Shown piece by piece: positions 20,440 through 29,496 of a DNA stretch of 64,000 nucleotides (position 1 is the first letter of the stretch; the number at the start of each line of letters is the position of its first letter). The notes beneath the pieces are model-generated. The model was not told where the DNA came from. It made no database searches and saw nothing but the letters and a program-made list of their open reading frames with translations. The stretch is from positions 32,001 to 96,000 of the forward strand of contig CAVPSB010000032.1 in assembly GCA_963708025.1 (NCBI GenBank). The letters are read 5' to 3'. The position numbers were made by a program, and so were the translations under genes. The DNA comes from an uncultured Candidatus Rokubacteria bacterium. GTDB taxonomy: Bacteria; Methylomirabilota; Methylomirabilia; Rokubacteriales; DASRDR01.

Positions 20440-20694
20440 TCAGCCCGAGCCGCAGCCGAGCTGCTCGAGCAGGAGGCGGCGGAGGCGCTCCTTCACCTCG
20501 TCCGGCATGGCCACGCGGCCGGCCGCGCCGGCCAGGTCCCGTGTCTTCCGGTACGTGTTCAGGTAGGCCAGGCACGCCGGGCAGTCCTGGAGGTGGCGCT
20601 CCAGGGCGGCGACGACCTCGTCGCCCAGCGCCGCCTCGAGGTAGTCGCCCATGATGGCGATCGCCTCCCGGCAGGTCAGCGGCCGCAGCTCCAT
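20440..20694 (-). CDS. zf-HC2 zinc-finger anti-sigma-like protein
   Basis: LTCRE..DYLE..ERHLQDCPAC (HxxxCxxC). Confidence 0.85.
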   Translation of the reverse strand: MELRPLTCREAIAIMGDYLEAALGDEVVAALERHLQDCPACLAYLNTYRKTRDLAGAAGRVAMPDEVKERLRRLLLEQLGCGSG

Positions 20695-20749
20695 GCGACC
20701 TTGGATGGGGGAACCCGGGCGGTCGGTTCGCCCGTCGGCCCCCCGAAGA

Positions 20750-22369
20750 TCAAAGTTCCCAGGGGGGATCGATGGCCAGGGGCAGCTCGACGACCGTCGG
20801 CCCGGGGTGGGCCAGGGCCTTGGCCAGGGCCGGGCCGAGCTGGTCCAGGTCGTCGGCGCGCTGGCCGGTGGCGCCAAAGGCCCGGGCCAGGGCCGGGAAG
20901 TCGGGGTTGGCCAGGTCCGCCTCGCCCCATCGGCCGAAGATCGCCTCCTGGAGGTACTTGATCGCGCCGTACCGCTGGTCGTTCACCACCAGGAAGACGA
21001 CCGGCAGCGCGTACTTCACGGCGGTGGCCAGCTCGTTCACCGAGTAGAGGAAGCCGCCGTCCCCGACGACGGCGACCACCGGGCGGTCGGGCTGGGCCAC
21101 CCGGGCCCCGATGGCGGCCGGGACGCCGTAGCCGAGCGTGGCCGACCCGACCGGGTAGAGGAACGTCCGCGGCGCCAGGACCGGGAAGTGCCACTCCATC
21201 CAGTAGTTGATCCCGGTCTGGTCGCTCACCACGATGGTGTCGGCGGGGAGCGACTCGCGGAGGATCCGGAGGAGCCGGTCGATCGTCGCCGTGTAGCGCG
21301 GACCCCGCGCGACGCGCTGGGCCGCGAGCCGGCTCCAGTCCCACTCGGCCGTCGCCGGGCCGGGGCCCAGGACGGCGAGAAGGCCGGCCAGCCCGTCCCG
21401 GGCGTCCCCCACGATGCCGAGGGTCGCGGGGACGATCTTCCCGATCACGGTCGGGTCCAGGTCCAGGTGGATCAGGGACTGATCCGACCGGAACTGGAGG
21501 TTCAGGAGGAGCCCCCGGGTCGAGCGGTGGGCGAAGCGGCAGCCCACCGCCAAAACGACGTCGGCCGCCTCCAGGGCGGGCTGGCAGGCGCGCCGGTCGG
21601 GCAGCACGCCGAGCCAGCGGGGATGGGTCTCGGCCAAACCGCCCCGGCCCATCACGGTGGTGATGACCGGCGCCCCGAGTCGCTCCGCGAGCGCGGCCAG
21701 CTCCGCCCCCGCCTCGGCCGCCACCACGCCGCCGCCGGCGACGATGAGCGGGCGGCGGGCGCGGCGCAGGTACCGCTCGGCGGCGGTCTCGAGCAGGCTC
21801 ACGTCGCAGGGCGGCCGGCGGCCCTGGCCGGGTGGCGTGAGCTGTGCCTCGACGCGCGCGGTCAGGAGGTCGGTCGGGATGGAGAGCGCGATGGGACCGG
21901 GGCGACCCGTCCGGAAGAGGTGGAAGGCGCCCTGCACCGCGCCCGGGATGTCGCGCCCGGCCCCGAGCGTCTCCGCCCACCGGCAGACCGGCCGCAGGCA
22001 GTCGATCTGGTTCGGCACCTCGTGGAGCGCGCCGACCCCCTGGCCGATCAGGGCGGCCGGGATGTCGGAGGCGATCAGCAGCACGGGCTGGGAGCTCGCG
22101 TACGCCTCGACGAGCGGCGTCAGCGCGTAGGTGGCTCCGGGGCCGGTGGTGACCAGCACGACGCCCGGCCGGCCCGACGCGCGGGCGTAGCCGTCGGCCA
22201 TGAACCCCGCACCCGCCTCGTGGCGGGCCAGGATGTGCCGGATGTCGGTCTGGCCGAGGAGGGCGTCATAGATCGCGAGGTTGTGGACGCCGGGGATGCC
22301 GAAGGCATGGCGCACGCCTTCGGCACGCAGCGCCTCGACGACCCACTCGCCGCCGGTCCGCGTCACCAT
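20750..22369 (-). CDS. Thiamine pyrophosphate-dependent enzyme (acetolactate synthase-like)
   Basis: FGIPGVHN, RHEAGAGFMADGYAR, TTGPG, GDGG..ND TPP motif. Confidence 0.92.
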   Translation of the reverse strand: MVTRTGGEWVVEALRAEGVRHAFGIPGVHNLAIYDALLGQTDIRHILARHEAGAGFMADGYARASGRPGVVLVTTGPGATYALTPLVEAYASSQPVLLIASDIPAALIGQGVGALHEVPNQIDCLRPVCRWAETLGAGRDIPGAVQGAFHLFRTGRPGPIALSIPTDLLTARVEAQLTPPGQGRRPPCDVSLLETAAERYLRRARRPLIVAGGGVVAAEAGAELAALAERLGAPVITTVMGRGGLAETHPRWLGVLPDRRACQPALEAADVVLAVGCRFAHRSTRGLLLNLQFRSDQSLIHLDLDPTVIGKIVPATLGIVGDARDGLAGLLAVLGPGPATAEWDWSRLAAQRVARGPRYTATIDRLLRILRESLPADTIVVSDQTGINYWMEWHFPVLAPRTFLYPVGSATLGYGVPAAIGARVAQPDRPVVAVVGDGGFLYSVNELATAVKYALPVVFLVVNDQRYGAIKYLQEAIFGRWGEADLANPDFPALARAFGATGQRADDLDQLGPALAKALAHPGPTVVELPLAIDPPWEL

Positions 22370-22396
22370 GACCGCACCATCCGGAACGCCGGGCCT

Positions 22397-22577
22397 GCTC
22401 CGGGCCGAGAATAGGGAGTCGCCGACCGCAGGCGTACTCCTGGTACGCCGAGGATCGGCAACGACCGAGGACGACCATAGGCTGGGACGGACGCCCCCAG
22501 GCCAAAGGCCGTCCGATCGCCGCAGGCTGAGCGCGTCACGGCCGAGATGAAGGTCGCGAAGGTCATCGGCACGGCGC
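22397..22577 (+). repeat. Structured ~200 bp intergenic repeat (family 1), copy A
   Basis: Shares GGGAGTCGCCGACCGCAGGCGTAC..GTACGCCGAGGAT and GAGGACGACCATAGG with 32502-32700 and 63018-63201. Confidence 0.9.
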
Positions 22578-22946
22578 CTCCAGGACCCGGTCGAGCCGGA
22601 GCACCAGCTCCAGCAGGACCCGCGTCCCGGCCGCCAGGTCGGCCGGCTCCGTCCACTCCTCCGGGCAGTGGCTGCAACCCTCGCGGCACGGCACGAAGAG
22701 CATGCCGATCGGGCCGAGGGTCGCCACGTGGTTCGCGTCGTGGCTGGCCCCGCTGATGACGCGGCGGTGCGCCACGCCGACCGCCTCCGCCGCCGTGGCC
22801 GCCTGCTCCACCATGTCCGGTCCGATCTCGAGCGGCGCGTCGCGCATCAGGGGGACCACCTCCACGGCGACGCCGCGCCGGGCCGCCACCTCGGCCGCCG
22901 CCGCCTCGAACCGGTCCACGGTCTCGACCACGGCCACGGCGATCAA
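22563..22946 (-). pseudogene. C-terminal fragment of M20 Zn-amidohydrolase (allantoate amidohydrolase-like)
   Basis: SGASHDA, GMLFVPC..G.SHCPEEW; N-terminal metal ligands missing, only 127 aa. Confidence 0.75.
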
Positions 22947-23926
22947 TCGGGCCGGGGGGGAGCTGCGCGCTCCTCCCCCGGACCCCCCCTCCGAGTGTCT
23001 CCTCGTTCAGGAATGCCCGGCGATTGCCTCGCCGCTTCTCCATCGCGCAGGACGGCGTCGGCCAGGCGGCCCGCCACGTCCTGGAGGGCGCGGCCCGTGA
23101 GGCTGTCCGCGTAATCGAGGACGAAGGGCCGGCCGCGATCGGCCCCGATCGCCAGGCGGGGGTCGAACGGCACCCGGCCGAGGAACGGGATCCCCAGCTC
23201 GGCGGCCGTGCGCTCCCCGCCGGGTCCGGCGTAGAGGGCCCCCATGGCCCCGCATTCGAGGCAGACGTAGGAGGCCATGTTCTCCACGAGCCCCAGCAGC
23301 CGGGCGTGCGCCTCGCGGGCCAGCGTGATCGACTTCTTCACGACCAGGTGGGAGACCTCGGAGGGAATCGTGACGACGACCGCGCCGGTGAGGTCGGGCA
23401 GCAGCCCGGCCACCGTCGGCAGCCGGTCGGCCCCGGGCGGGAGGTCGAGCAGCAGGAGGTCGAGCTCGCCCCACTCCGTGTCGGCCAGGAACTCGCGCAG
23501 CGCGTTCGCCTCCATCGTGCCGCGCCAGGTGTGAGCCTCCTCCTGGGTGGGCGCCGCCCAGACCACCGGTGTCTCGTCGGACGGGAGGAGGAGGTCCATC
23601 GAGAGGACACGGATCCCGCCGGCGGAGCGCGCCGGGGCGACGCCGGCCTCGCCGAGCCGGAGGGCCTGGCCGCGGACCCCGAGCATCTTGGCGATGGACG
23701 GCCCGTTGAGGTCGGCGTCCAGCACCCCCACCGCGTAGCCCTCGGCCGCCAGCGCCGCCGCCAGGTTCGCGGTGATCGAGCTCTTCCCCACCCCGCCCTT
23801 GCCGGAGACGACCGCGACCTTTCGGCGGATCCCGGCCATCCGCTGTCGCAGCCGCGCCTGCTGCTCGGCGATCTGGCCGACGATGTTCGATCCGCCATCG
23901 CCCGCGATGTCCTTGTAGCGCTTCAC
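22943..23926 (-). CDS. Mrp/NBP35 family P-loop ATPase
   Basis: SGKGGVGKS, DADLNGPS, WRG, DLPPG, GLVENM, CxxC (CLEC). Confidence 0.92.
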   Translation of the reverse strand: MKRYKDIAGDGGSNIVGQIAEQQARLRQRMAGIRRKVAVVSGKGGVGKSSITANLAAALAAEGYAVGVLDADLNGPSIAKMLGVRGQALRLGEAGVAPARSAGGIRVLSMDLLLPSDETPVVWAAPTQEEAHTWRGTMEANALREFLADTEWGELDLLLLDLPPGADRLPTVAGLLPDLTGAVVVTIPSEVSHLVVKKSITLAREAHARLLGLVENMASYVCLECGAMGALYAGPGGERTAAELGIPFLGRVPFDPRLAIGADRGRPFVLDYADSLTGRALQDVAGRLADAVLRDGEAARQSPGIPERGDTRRGGPGEERAAPPRPD

Positions 23927-24123
23927 TCTGGCTTCTTTCGATCAAGCCCTGCAGATCCAGGACCTGCTCGCAGGGGAATGGATTCCTTGGCGGACGGCGA
24001 CTTGAGTCCTCGCCTGACGATGCCGCGAACGATGTGCGCGGGGTCGGCTTCCGGGTGGCTGCGCTCGATCTTACGCACCCCACGGCGCCCACCCGTCATC
24101 TTCATGCGCCTGCTAGCTTTCAC
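23923..24123 (-). pseudogene. Possible decayed BrnA-like antitoxin
   Basis: HPEAD..HIVRGIVRRGLK..KESIPLR resembles the region before the BrnA I(S/T)LR motif; diverges afterwards. Confidence 0.4.
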
Positions 24124-24144
24124 GGTCGTGCCCGAGCGACGATC

Positions 24145-24654
24145 CTAGTGACTGTGGAGCCATTCTAGAACGCGCTCGGGGAACACGCCACGGCGCTGCT
24201 CCTCGGCCAGAAGATGGTCCAGCCCCGGGTCAAGCACGAAGCGGGGTGGAGTCGTCGGGCCGGTCAGCTGCAACGTTCCCGGGAGCCCCAGCGTTGGAGG
24301 ATACCCCTTGATGGTGTTGGCGACCCTGGCGGGAAACGGGGGCTCGGTGCCCTGGCGCGGATCGTCCCAGAGCTCAACAACTCGGTTCATGGTCGCCTCG
24401 TTAACCTCGACCCAGAGGCCCCAGCAACAGGCCTCGCGCTTCCCTCGCACCGGAATGGGAAGAAGAGCTCGCAGGAAGAACTGGCGGTGTGTGTCCGCCG
24501 CGTTGTGCACGATGCAGTCATCTGAGCCGGCAATCGTGCGATGGGCCCGCTCCTCGGGCGGCACAGCCAGATAGGCATCGGGCTTGCCGTATGTCGGCTC
24601 GAGCTCCGTCCAGTCGTGTTCGGCACCACAATTGGCGCAACGAAGTGGGGGCAC
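24145..24654 (-). CDS. DUF2199 family protein
   Basis: CANCGAEH start, SDDC, FLRALLPIPV..WGLWVEV, HLLAEEQRRG; more A/T-ending codons than neighbours. Confidence 0.75.
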   Translation of the reverse strand: MPPLRCANCGAEHDWTELEPTYGKPDAYLAVPPEERAHRTIAGSDDCIVHNAADTHRQFFLRALLPIPVRGKREACCWGLWVEVNEATMNRVVELWDDPRQGTEPPFPARVANTIKGYPPTLGLPGTLQLTGPTTPPRFVLDPGLDHLLAEEQRRGVFPERVLEWLHSH

Positions 24655-24704
24655 AGAGGTGTCTCCTGCCGTGCGCGGCTAGCGCCGAGAGTCTTCAGCG
24701 ATCA

Positions 24705-25709
24705 TTACGGGCCGGGCCCCTGGTCGGTCGTGTCGAGCGGGGCGGCGGCCGGGTCCTTGAGGTAGGTGCGGAAGCGCTGCATGAGATCGGGGCCGAGGAG
24801 GTCGCCGGAGGCGCCGTGGCGCTCGGTCTCGAAGTAGTGACGGATCGTGTCGAGCCGAGCCTGGGCCTCGGGATTGAGGCTGACCAGACGGATCCGGTCC
24901 TTGGCGGCGTCGAAGGCGTCGAAGGTCAGCTCGGTGAAGCCGAGCTCGCGGATCCGCCGGACGGCCTTCATCATCGCCTGGTTCCGGAACCGGGTCAGGA
25001 GCGGGGAGGTGATGACGGCCGCGCCCATTCGCCGCGCCCGGCGCTCGGCCGCCTTCCGGATCCCTTCCCGGACGAACTCGGGCGCGGTCTGGAGCCGCGC
25101 CCAGGCCTCGGGCGCCCACTCGACGGGCTCCTCGCCGCCGGTCGCCCACAGCTGCCGGAACACCTCGGGCGTGATCGTGGCCTCGCCGTGCCGCCGCGCC
25201 TCCACCTCGACGTCCCGCTTGAACAGCCGGAGGACGAAGTCGGCCATCATCGCCGGGGTCTTGCCGAGCCGCGCGACGAGGAGCGCCTCGGCCTCGTCCG
25301 TCCACGGCAGCGGCTCGGCCGCCCCCTCGATCTCGGCCAGCGCCTCGGCCTCCCGGATCAGCGTGGCGGTGACCCGCGGCGCGCGCTGCTCGGCGGCCAG
25401 CTCCTCGCAGATCCGGCGGGTCATCGGCCGCATGAACTCGGGGACGCCGGCCAGGAGCGCCTCGGCCTCCGCCGTCCACGGGGTGGCGGCCGCCGGGACG
25501 ATATAGGCGCCGCTGGCGGCGACGCCCATCATCTCCTGCTTGTACCGCGTCATCACCTCGGGGGTGATGACGGCGATCCCCTCGGCGCGCGCGCGCTTCT
25601 CGGCGAGGCGGCGGACCATGCCCCGGAGGAATACCGGCGCCCGCTGGAGTCGCGCCTCGGCCTCCGGGGTCCACGTCACCTCGCCGGGACCGGGCGCCGG
25701 CGCCGTCAC
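24705..25709 (-). CDS. Protein made of four PCP_red-like (BchB C-terminal) repeats
   Basis: Four W-x-x-EA...P-x-F/M...A...IT/VT units: WTPEAEARL, WTAEAEALL, WTDEAEALL, WAPEAWARL. Confidence 0.82.
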   Translation of the reverse strand: MTAPAPGPGEVTWTPEAEARLQRAPVFLRGMVRRLAEKRARAEGIAVITPEVMTRYKQEMMGVAASGAYIVPAAATPWTAEAEALLAGVPEFMRPMTRRICEELAAEQRAPRVTATLIREAEALAEIEGAAEPLPWTDEAEALLVARLGKTPAMMADFVLRLFKRDVEVEARRHGEATITPEVFRQLWATGGEEPVEWAPEAWARLQTAPEFVREGIRKAAERRARRMGAAVITSPLLTRFRNQAMMKAVRRIRELGFTELTFDAFDAAKDRIRLVSLNPEAQARLDTIRHYFETERHGASGDLLGPDLMQRFRTYLKDPAAAPLDTTDQGPGP

Positions 25710-26131
25710 GGATCGCGGCTCCAGGCGGCGCGGGCCAGGAGGATGGCGATCGCCAGCGTCATCAGCGAGAACGCCCAGGCCCCGAACCGGACCGGAAAGC
25801 CGAAGCCCGCCAGCGAGATCAGCTCCGGCTTCGGCCCGCGCCAGGCGATCCGAGCGACCTCGAGCGCCCGCCAGGCGAGGACCAGGGTGAGGATCCGGGC
25901 GAAGTCGCGCCGCGACAGCACCCAGCGATCGAACCACGGACGCTCGCGCCAGAGGAGCCACGGGATCACGAACACCAGAGCGCCCGACGCGACCAGGAGC
26001 AGCGCCACCACCCAGGCCGGCGGCCGGGGTCCCGCCCCCGCGGCCCGGAGGGCCAGCCCACCGAGCCAGTAGACGGTCCCGTACGCCGCGTAGCCCCCGG
26101 CGGCCTGGCGGAACTTCTCGTCGCGGTTCAT
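25706..26131 (-). CDS. Hypothetical membrane protein (about 4 TM)
   Basis: MNRDEKFRQAAGGYAAYG...; 4-nt overlaps with both neighbours. Confidence 0.75.
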   Translation of the reverse strand: MNRDEKFRQAAGGYAAYGTVYWLGGLALRAAGAGPRPPAWVVALLLVASGALVFVIPWLLWRERPWFDRWVLSRRDFARILTLVLAWRALEVARIAWRGPKPELISLAGFGFPVRFGAWAFSLMTLAIAILLARAAWSRDP

Positions 26132-27478
26132 CCGCGGCGCGGCGTGAAGGGCCGCTCGGGGTTGATGCCCCAGCGGCTCCGCACCTCGGCCATGAGGGCC
26201 GGGGTGATCGTCGGCCTGGCCCTGGCTCCGCGCGTACGCCTCCACCGCCTGCACCACCATGCCGCGCGCGAACGCCGGGATCGCGTCGAGTCGCGCCCGG
26301 GCCATCGGCTCCCAGGCCAGCGTCGTTCCGACCTCGAGGCCGAACGTCTGATCAGCGGGCAGGTCCAGCACCTCGGTCCCGTACCGGCCGGGCTCGTAGG
26401 CGCACGCCGGATCCTCGGCCAGGTAGTCGCCGAAGGTCGCGTAGGCCCGGCACCGGCAGCCCCCGCAGATCCGCTGGAACTCGCAGGCGCCGCAGCGTCC
26501 ACCGAGCTTCGGCTCCCGGAGGTCGCTGAACACCTGGCCCCGCTCCCACAGTTCGCCGAAGCCGACCTGCCGGAGGTTGCCGGCCGAAACCGGCATGTAG
26601 GGGCACGGCGTCACGTCGCCCTCGGGGGTGATCCGGCAGTAGTACTTCCCCGCCGGGCAGGAGCCGTGGGCGTAGTTGGCGAGGAGCGGCGAGTCGGGGT
26701 CGAGCTGGTACAGGATCCGGCGGAAGTGGGGGGCGCACTTGGCCCGGATCAGGAGGCCGCCGGCGCGTCCGGCCGGCACGCTCCAGGGATCCTCGAGGCC
26801 GTCGACCACCGACGGCCGCGCCGGGGCGCCGTCCCCGCCCACACCCTGGACGCGCGCCAGGTAGGTCAGGATCTCCTCGTACCGGTCGGGCGTGATGTCG
26901 GTGAGCGCCTCGCCCCGTCCGGTCCGGACCAGGAAGAAGAAGTTCAGGACCCGGGCCCCGAGCTCCCGGGCGAGGTCGATCATCGCCGGGATCTCACCCA
27001 CGTTCCAGTCGGTCACGCTCATGTGAAGCGAGAAGTCGAGCCCCTCGGCCCGGAGCGCCTCGGTCGCCCGGACGGCGCCCTGCCAGGCTCCCGGCAGGTG
27101 GCGGAAGCGGTCGTGGCGGGCCGGGTCGGTGGAGTCCAGGCTGAGGGAGGCACCCTGGACGCCGTGCTCGCGGAGGAGGCGCGCCTGCTTCTCGCGGAGG
27201 AGGACGCCGTTGGTGCCGACCACCACCGTGAAGCCGTGGTCCCGGCCGTGGGCGGCCAGGTCGTAGATGTCCCGGCGGATCAGCGGCTCGCCGCCGGTCA
27301 GGATGAGGAAGACGTTGGGGTTGACCCGGGCGATGTCCGCCATGACGCGGCGGCACTCCTCGGTGGACAGCTCGCCGGCCGCGTCCGCGTCCGGCGCCGC
27401 GCTCATGTAGCAGTGCGCGCAGAACAGGTTGCAGCGCCGGGTCAGGTTCCAGGAGACCGCGTAGGCCTTGTAGGACAC
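26128..27478 (-). CDS. Radical SAM/SPASM protein, AhbD/NirJ-like, with C-terminal PCP_red repeat (frameshift near 26215)
   Basis: CNLFCAHC, TGGEP, KCAPHF, SPASM CPAG..PCPY..CGAC..CGGCRCRA..DPAC; WEPMARARLDAIPAFARG tail. Confidence 0.88.
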
Positions 27479-27484
27479 TCGATC

Positions 27485-27579
27485 CTCCCCTCTCCTTTGC
27501 GGGCGGAGAGGGTCAGGGGAGGGGCTCGGCCAACGGCGGAGCCCTCACCCTTGCGCCCTCTCCCTAGGCGGGAGAGGGA
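27485..27579. repeat. REP-like purine/pyrimidine palindromic element
   Basis: CCCCTCTCC..GGAGAGGG..GGGGAGGGG..CCCTCACCC..CCCTCTCCC..GGGAGAGGG nested inverted repeats. Confidence 0.65.
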
Positions 27580-29480
27580 GTCGCGCCCTTCTTGTCGCGG
27601 ATGTAGCCGGCGATCACCTCATTCATCGTCGCGCGGGCGTGACCGATCCCCTCCTCGCAGACCGCCAGGTCGATCACGCCGAGCTGCTTCTCACGGGCGA
27701 CCTTCTCGATCGCCTCCCGCGTCAGGTCGCGCATGAAGCCGGCCGGCACCCGGTTGAGCCGCGCCACCGCGTCCTCGGTCCAGGTGAACTCGCCGGAGGG
27801 GGTCGCCACCTCCGCGAAGCTCGCCGGCTCGAACCGGGTGTTGGCGATGAGCGTGTCCCAGCCGGCGCCGAGCTTGTCCCGGCCGACGGTCTCCTCGATC
27901 AGCGGGAACGCCAGCTCCTTGGTGATGACCGGGATCTTCCGGGACCGGGCGTACTTCTCGATGCGCGCCTTGGCCCGCCGCCGCAGGTAGGCGTCCGTCA
28001 CCTCCCGGAGCCCCTCCCGGGCCTCGTTGGCCCACCGCACCGCGACCCCGGGCATCACCTCTTCCTCGGCCACGCCGCCCTCGGCCGTCGCGATCTGCTC
28101 GACGATCTGCCGGTCGATGATCGAGAACTTCTCGGGCCCGCCGCCGCAGACCGGACACTTCACCACCGGGTTCGGCCCCTTGACGGTGTACCCGCAGACC
28201 GAGCAGATCGCGGAGACCGCCGCCTCCTCGGCCCGGAGCTGGGCCACCGCCAGATCCTCGGCCAGGATCTGCATCTTCTCCGCCATCCGGCTCGGCATGA
28301 AGATCGCCATGGCCTCGTCGATGACCTTGGAGGTGATCACGGTGTGGCCCTGCTCGATGGCGTACCGGAGGAGGGCGGTGCGGGCGACTCCCGCCACCTG
28401 CTCGGGCACCCGCTTCATCCGCTCCTTCGCCTCGTCGGTCCAGGAGATGATCTCCTCGGCCTTGACGTCCAGCGGCGGGTAGAACTTCCCGGCAGTGAGG
28501 AGGACGTTGCACGGGGCCAGCCGCAGGAGGTTCTCGGTGTTCGAGCCCAGGTCCGTCTCGTTCTCGTCGGAGTGGACGCCCACCCGGCCGAGGATGAGGA
28601 GCCAGGGGTGCTCCTTCCGGCAGAACTGGAGGATCTTCTCGAAGCACTTCCCGTCGAGCAGCGTGATCGCCATGTCGACGCCGTCCTCGCGGGCGAGCTT
28701 CCGGCCAATCTCGAGGTGCGACTGGTAGATCTTGGCCAGCCCGGTGTCGATGATCTCCTCGTGGAGCTGCTCCTGCTCCTTGAAGCGGAAGACCTTCGAC
28801 GCCTTCTCGGAGAGGACGCCCACGATCCCGTTGAACATCGCGTAGTGGAGGTAGGGGTCGTAGACGGCCACCGCGTGGAGCGGCCGGCCGAGCGCCCGGG
28901 CCAGCGCGATGCCGAGCTTGAGGCCCTGGAACGACTGGGGACTCCCGTCCAGGCCCACCACGATGGCGCCCTGCTGGGCCTCGAGCGGCTCCAGGCTCCG
29001 GACCACCAGGGTGTCCACGGGCACCCGGCGGACGAAGCGCTCGGTGACCGAGCCGAGCTGGCTGTCCTTCACCGCCCCCAGTCCCAGCGCGCCGATGATC
29101 ACCAGGTCGGCGTCGCCGCCGCGGACGTCGTCGATCAGCGCCTTGTAGTGCTTGCCGTCCATCATCCGCCGCTCGAAGGCCAGCCCGGCCGCCTCGGACT
29201 TCCGCGCCATGACGTCGAGGTAGGAGTCGGAGATGAGCTGGAGGCCCATGGCGATGAGCGAGTCGTGGATCTTCCGCTGGCGCTCCAGCTCGGTCTCGTC
29301 CTTGTACTCGTCGGGCAGCGTGTACTCCATCTGCTTGAAGCGGTAGTCGTGAAGCCGCGCCGCGTAGACGTGGCAGCCGACCAGCGCGGAGCCGGAGGCC
29401 CGCCCGATCTCCACGGCCAGGTCGATGGCACGGTTCGAGTAGTCGGAGTTGTCGACGGGCACGTAGATCTTCCGGAACAT
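27564..29480 (-). CDS. Tandem universal stress protein fused to three PCP_red repeats and a rubredoxin-like domain
   Basis: KIYVPVDNS..GSVTERFVR and IVVGLDGS..GSNTENLLR USP domains; CSVCGY..CPVCG; WTDEA, WANEA, WTEDA repeats. Confidence 0.88.
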   Translation of the reverse strand: MFRKIYVPVDNSDYSNRAIDLAVEIGRASGSALVGCHVYAARLHDYRFKQMEYTLPDEYKDETELERQRKIHDSLIAMGLQLISDSYLDVMARKSEAAGLAFERRMMDGKHYKALIDDVRGGDADLVIIGALGLGAVKDSQLGSVTERFVRRVPVDTLVVRSLEPLEAQQGAIVVGLDGSPQSFQGLKLGIALARALGRPLHAVAVYDPYLHYAMFNGIVGVLSEKASKVFRFKEQEQLHEEIIDTGLAKIYQSHLEIGRKLAREDGVDMAITLLDGKCFEKILQFCRKEHPWLLILGRVGVHSDENETDLGSNTENLLRLAPCNVLLTAGKFYPPLDVKAEEIISWTDEAKERMKRVPEQVAGVARTALLRYAIEQGHTVITSKVIDEAMAIFMPSRMAEKMQILAEDLAVAQLRAEEAAVSAICSVCGYTVKGPNPVVKCPVCGGGPEKFSIIDRQIVEQIATAEGGVAEEEVMPGVAVRWANEAREGLREVTDAYLRRRAKARIEKYARSRKIPVITKELAFPLIEETVGRDKLGAGWDTLIANTRFEPASFAEVATPSGEFTWTEDAVARLNRVPAGFMRDLTREAIEKVAREKQLGVIDLAVCEEGIGHARATMNEVIAGYIRDKKGATPSPA

Positions 29481-29496
29481 GAGCGCCTCCCGGCGG

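Noticed and set aside
22547-22756. ORFs starting MKVAKVIGTA (and [10 protein letters not shown] at 51190) resemble EutN/CcmL N-termini
   Set aside because: The similarity comes from the end of the family 1 repeat; the rest is antisense to real genes
25706-27478. 590 aa radical SAM-membrane protein fusion in the ORF track
   Set aside because: Produced by a frameshift near 26215; the PCP_red tail continues in another frame to 26128 and the membrane gene has its own overlapping ATG
24705-29480. Photosynthesis/chlorophyll synthesis inferred from PCP_red domains
   Set aside because: No BchN/BchB catalytic or other bch genes; only the small C-terminal-type repeat
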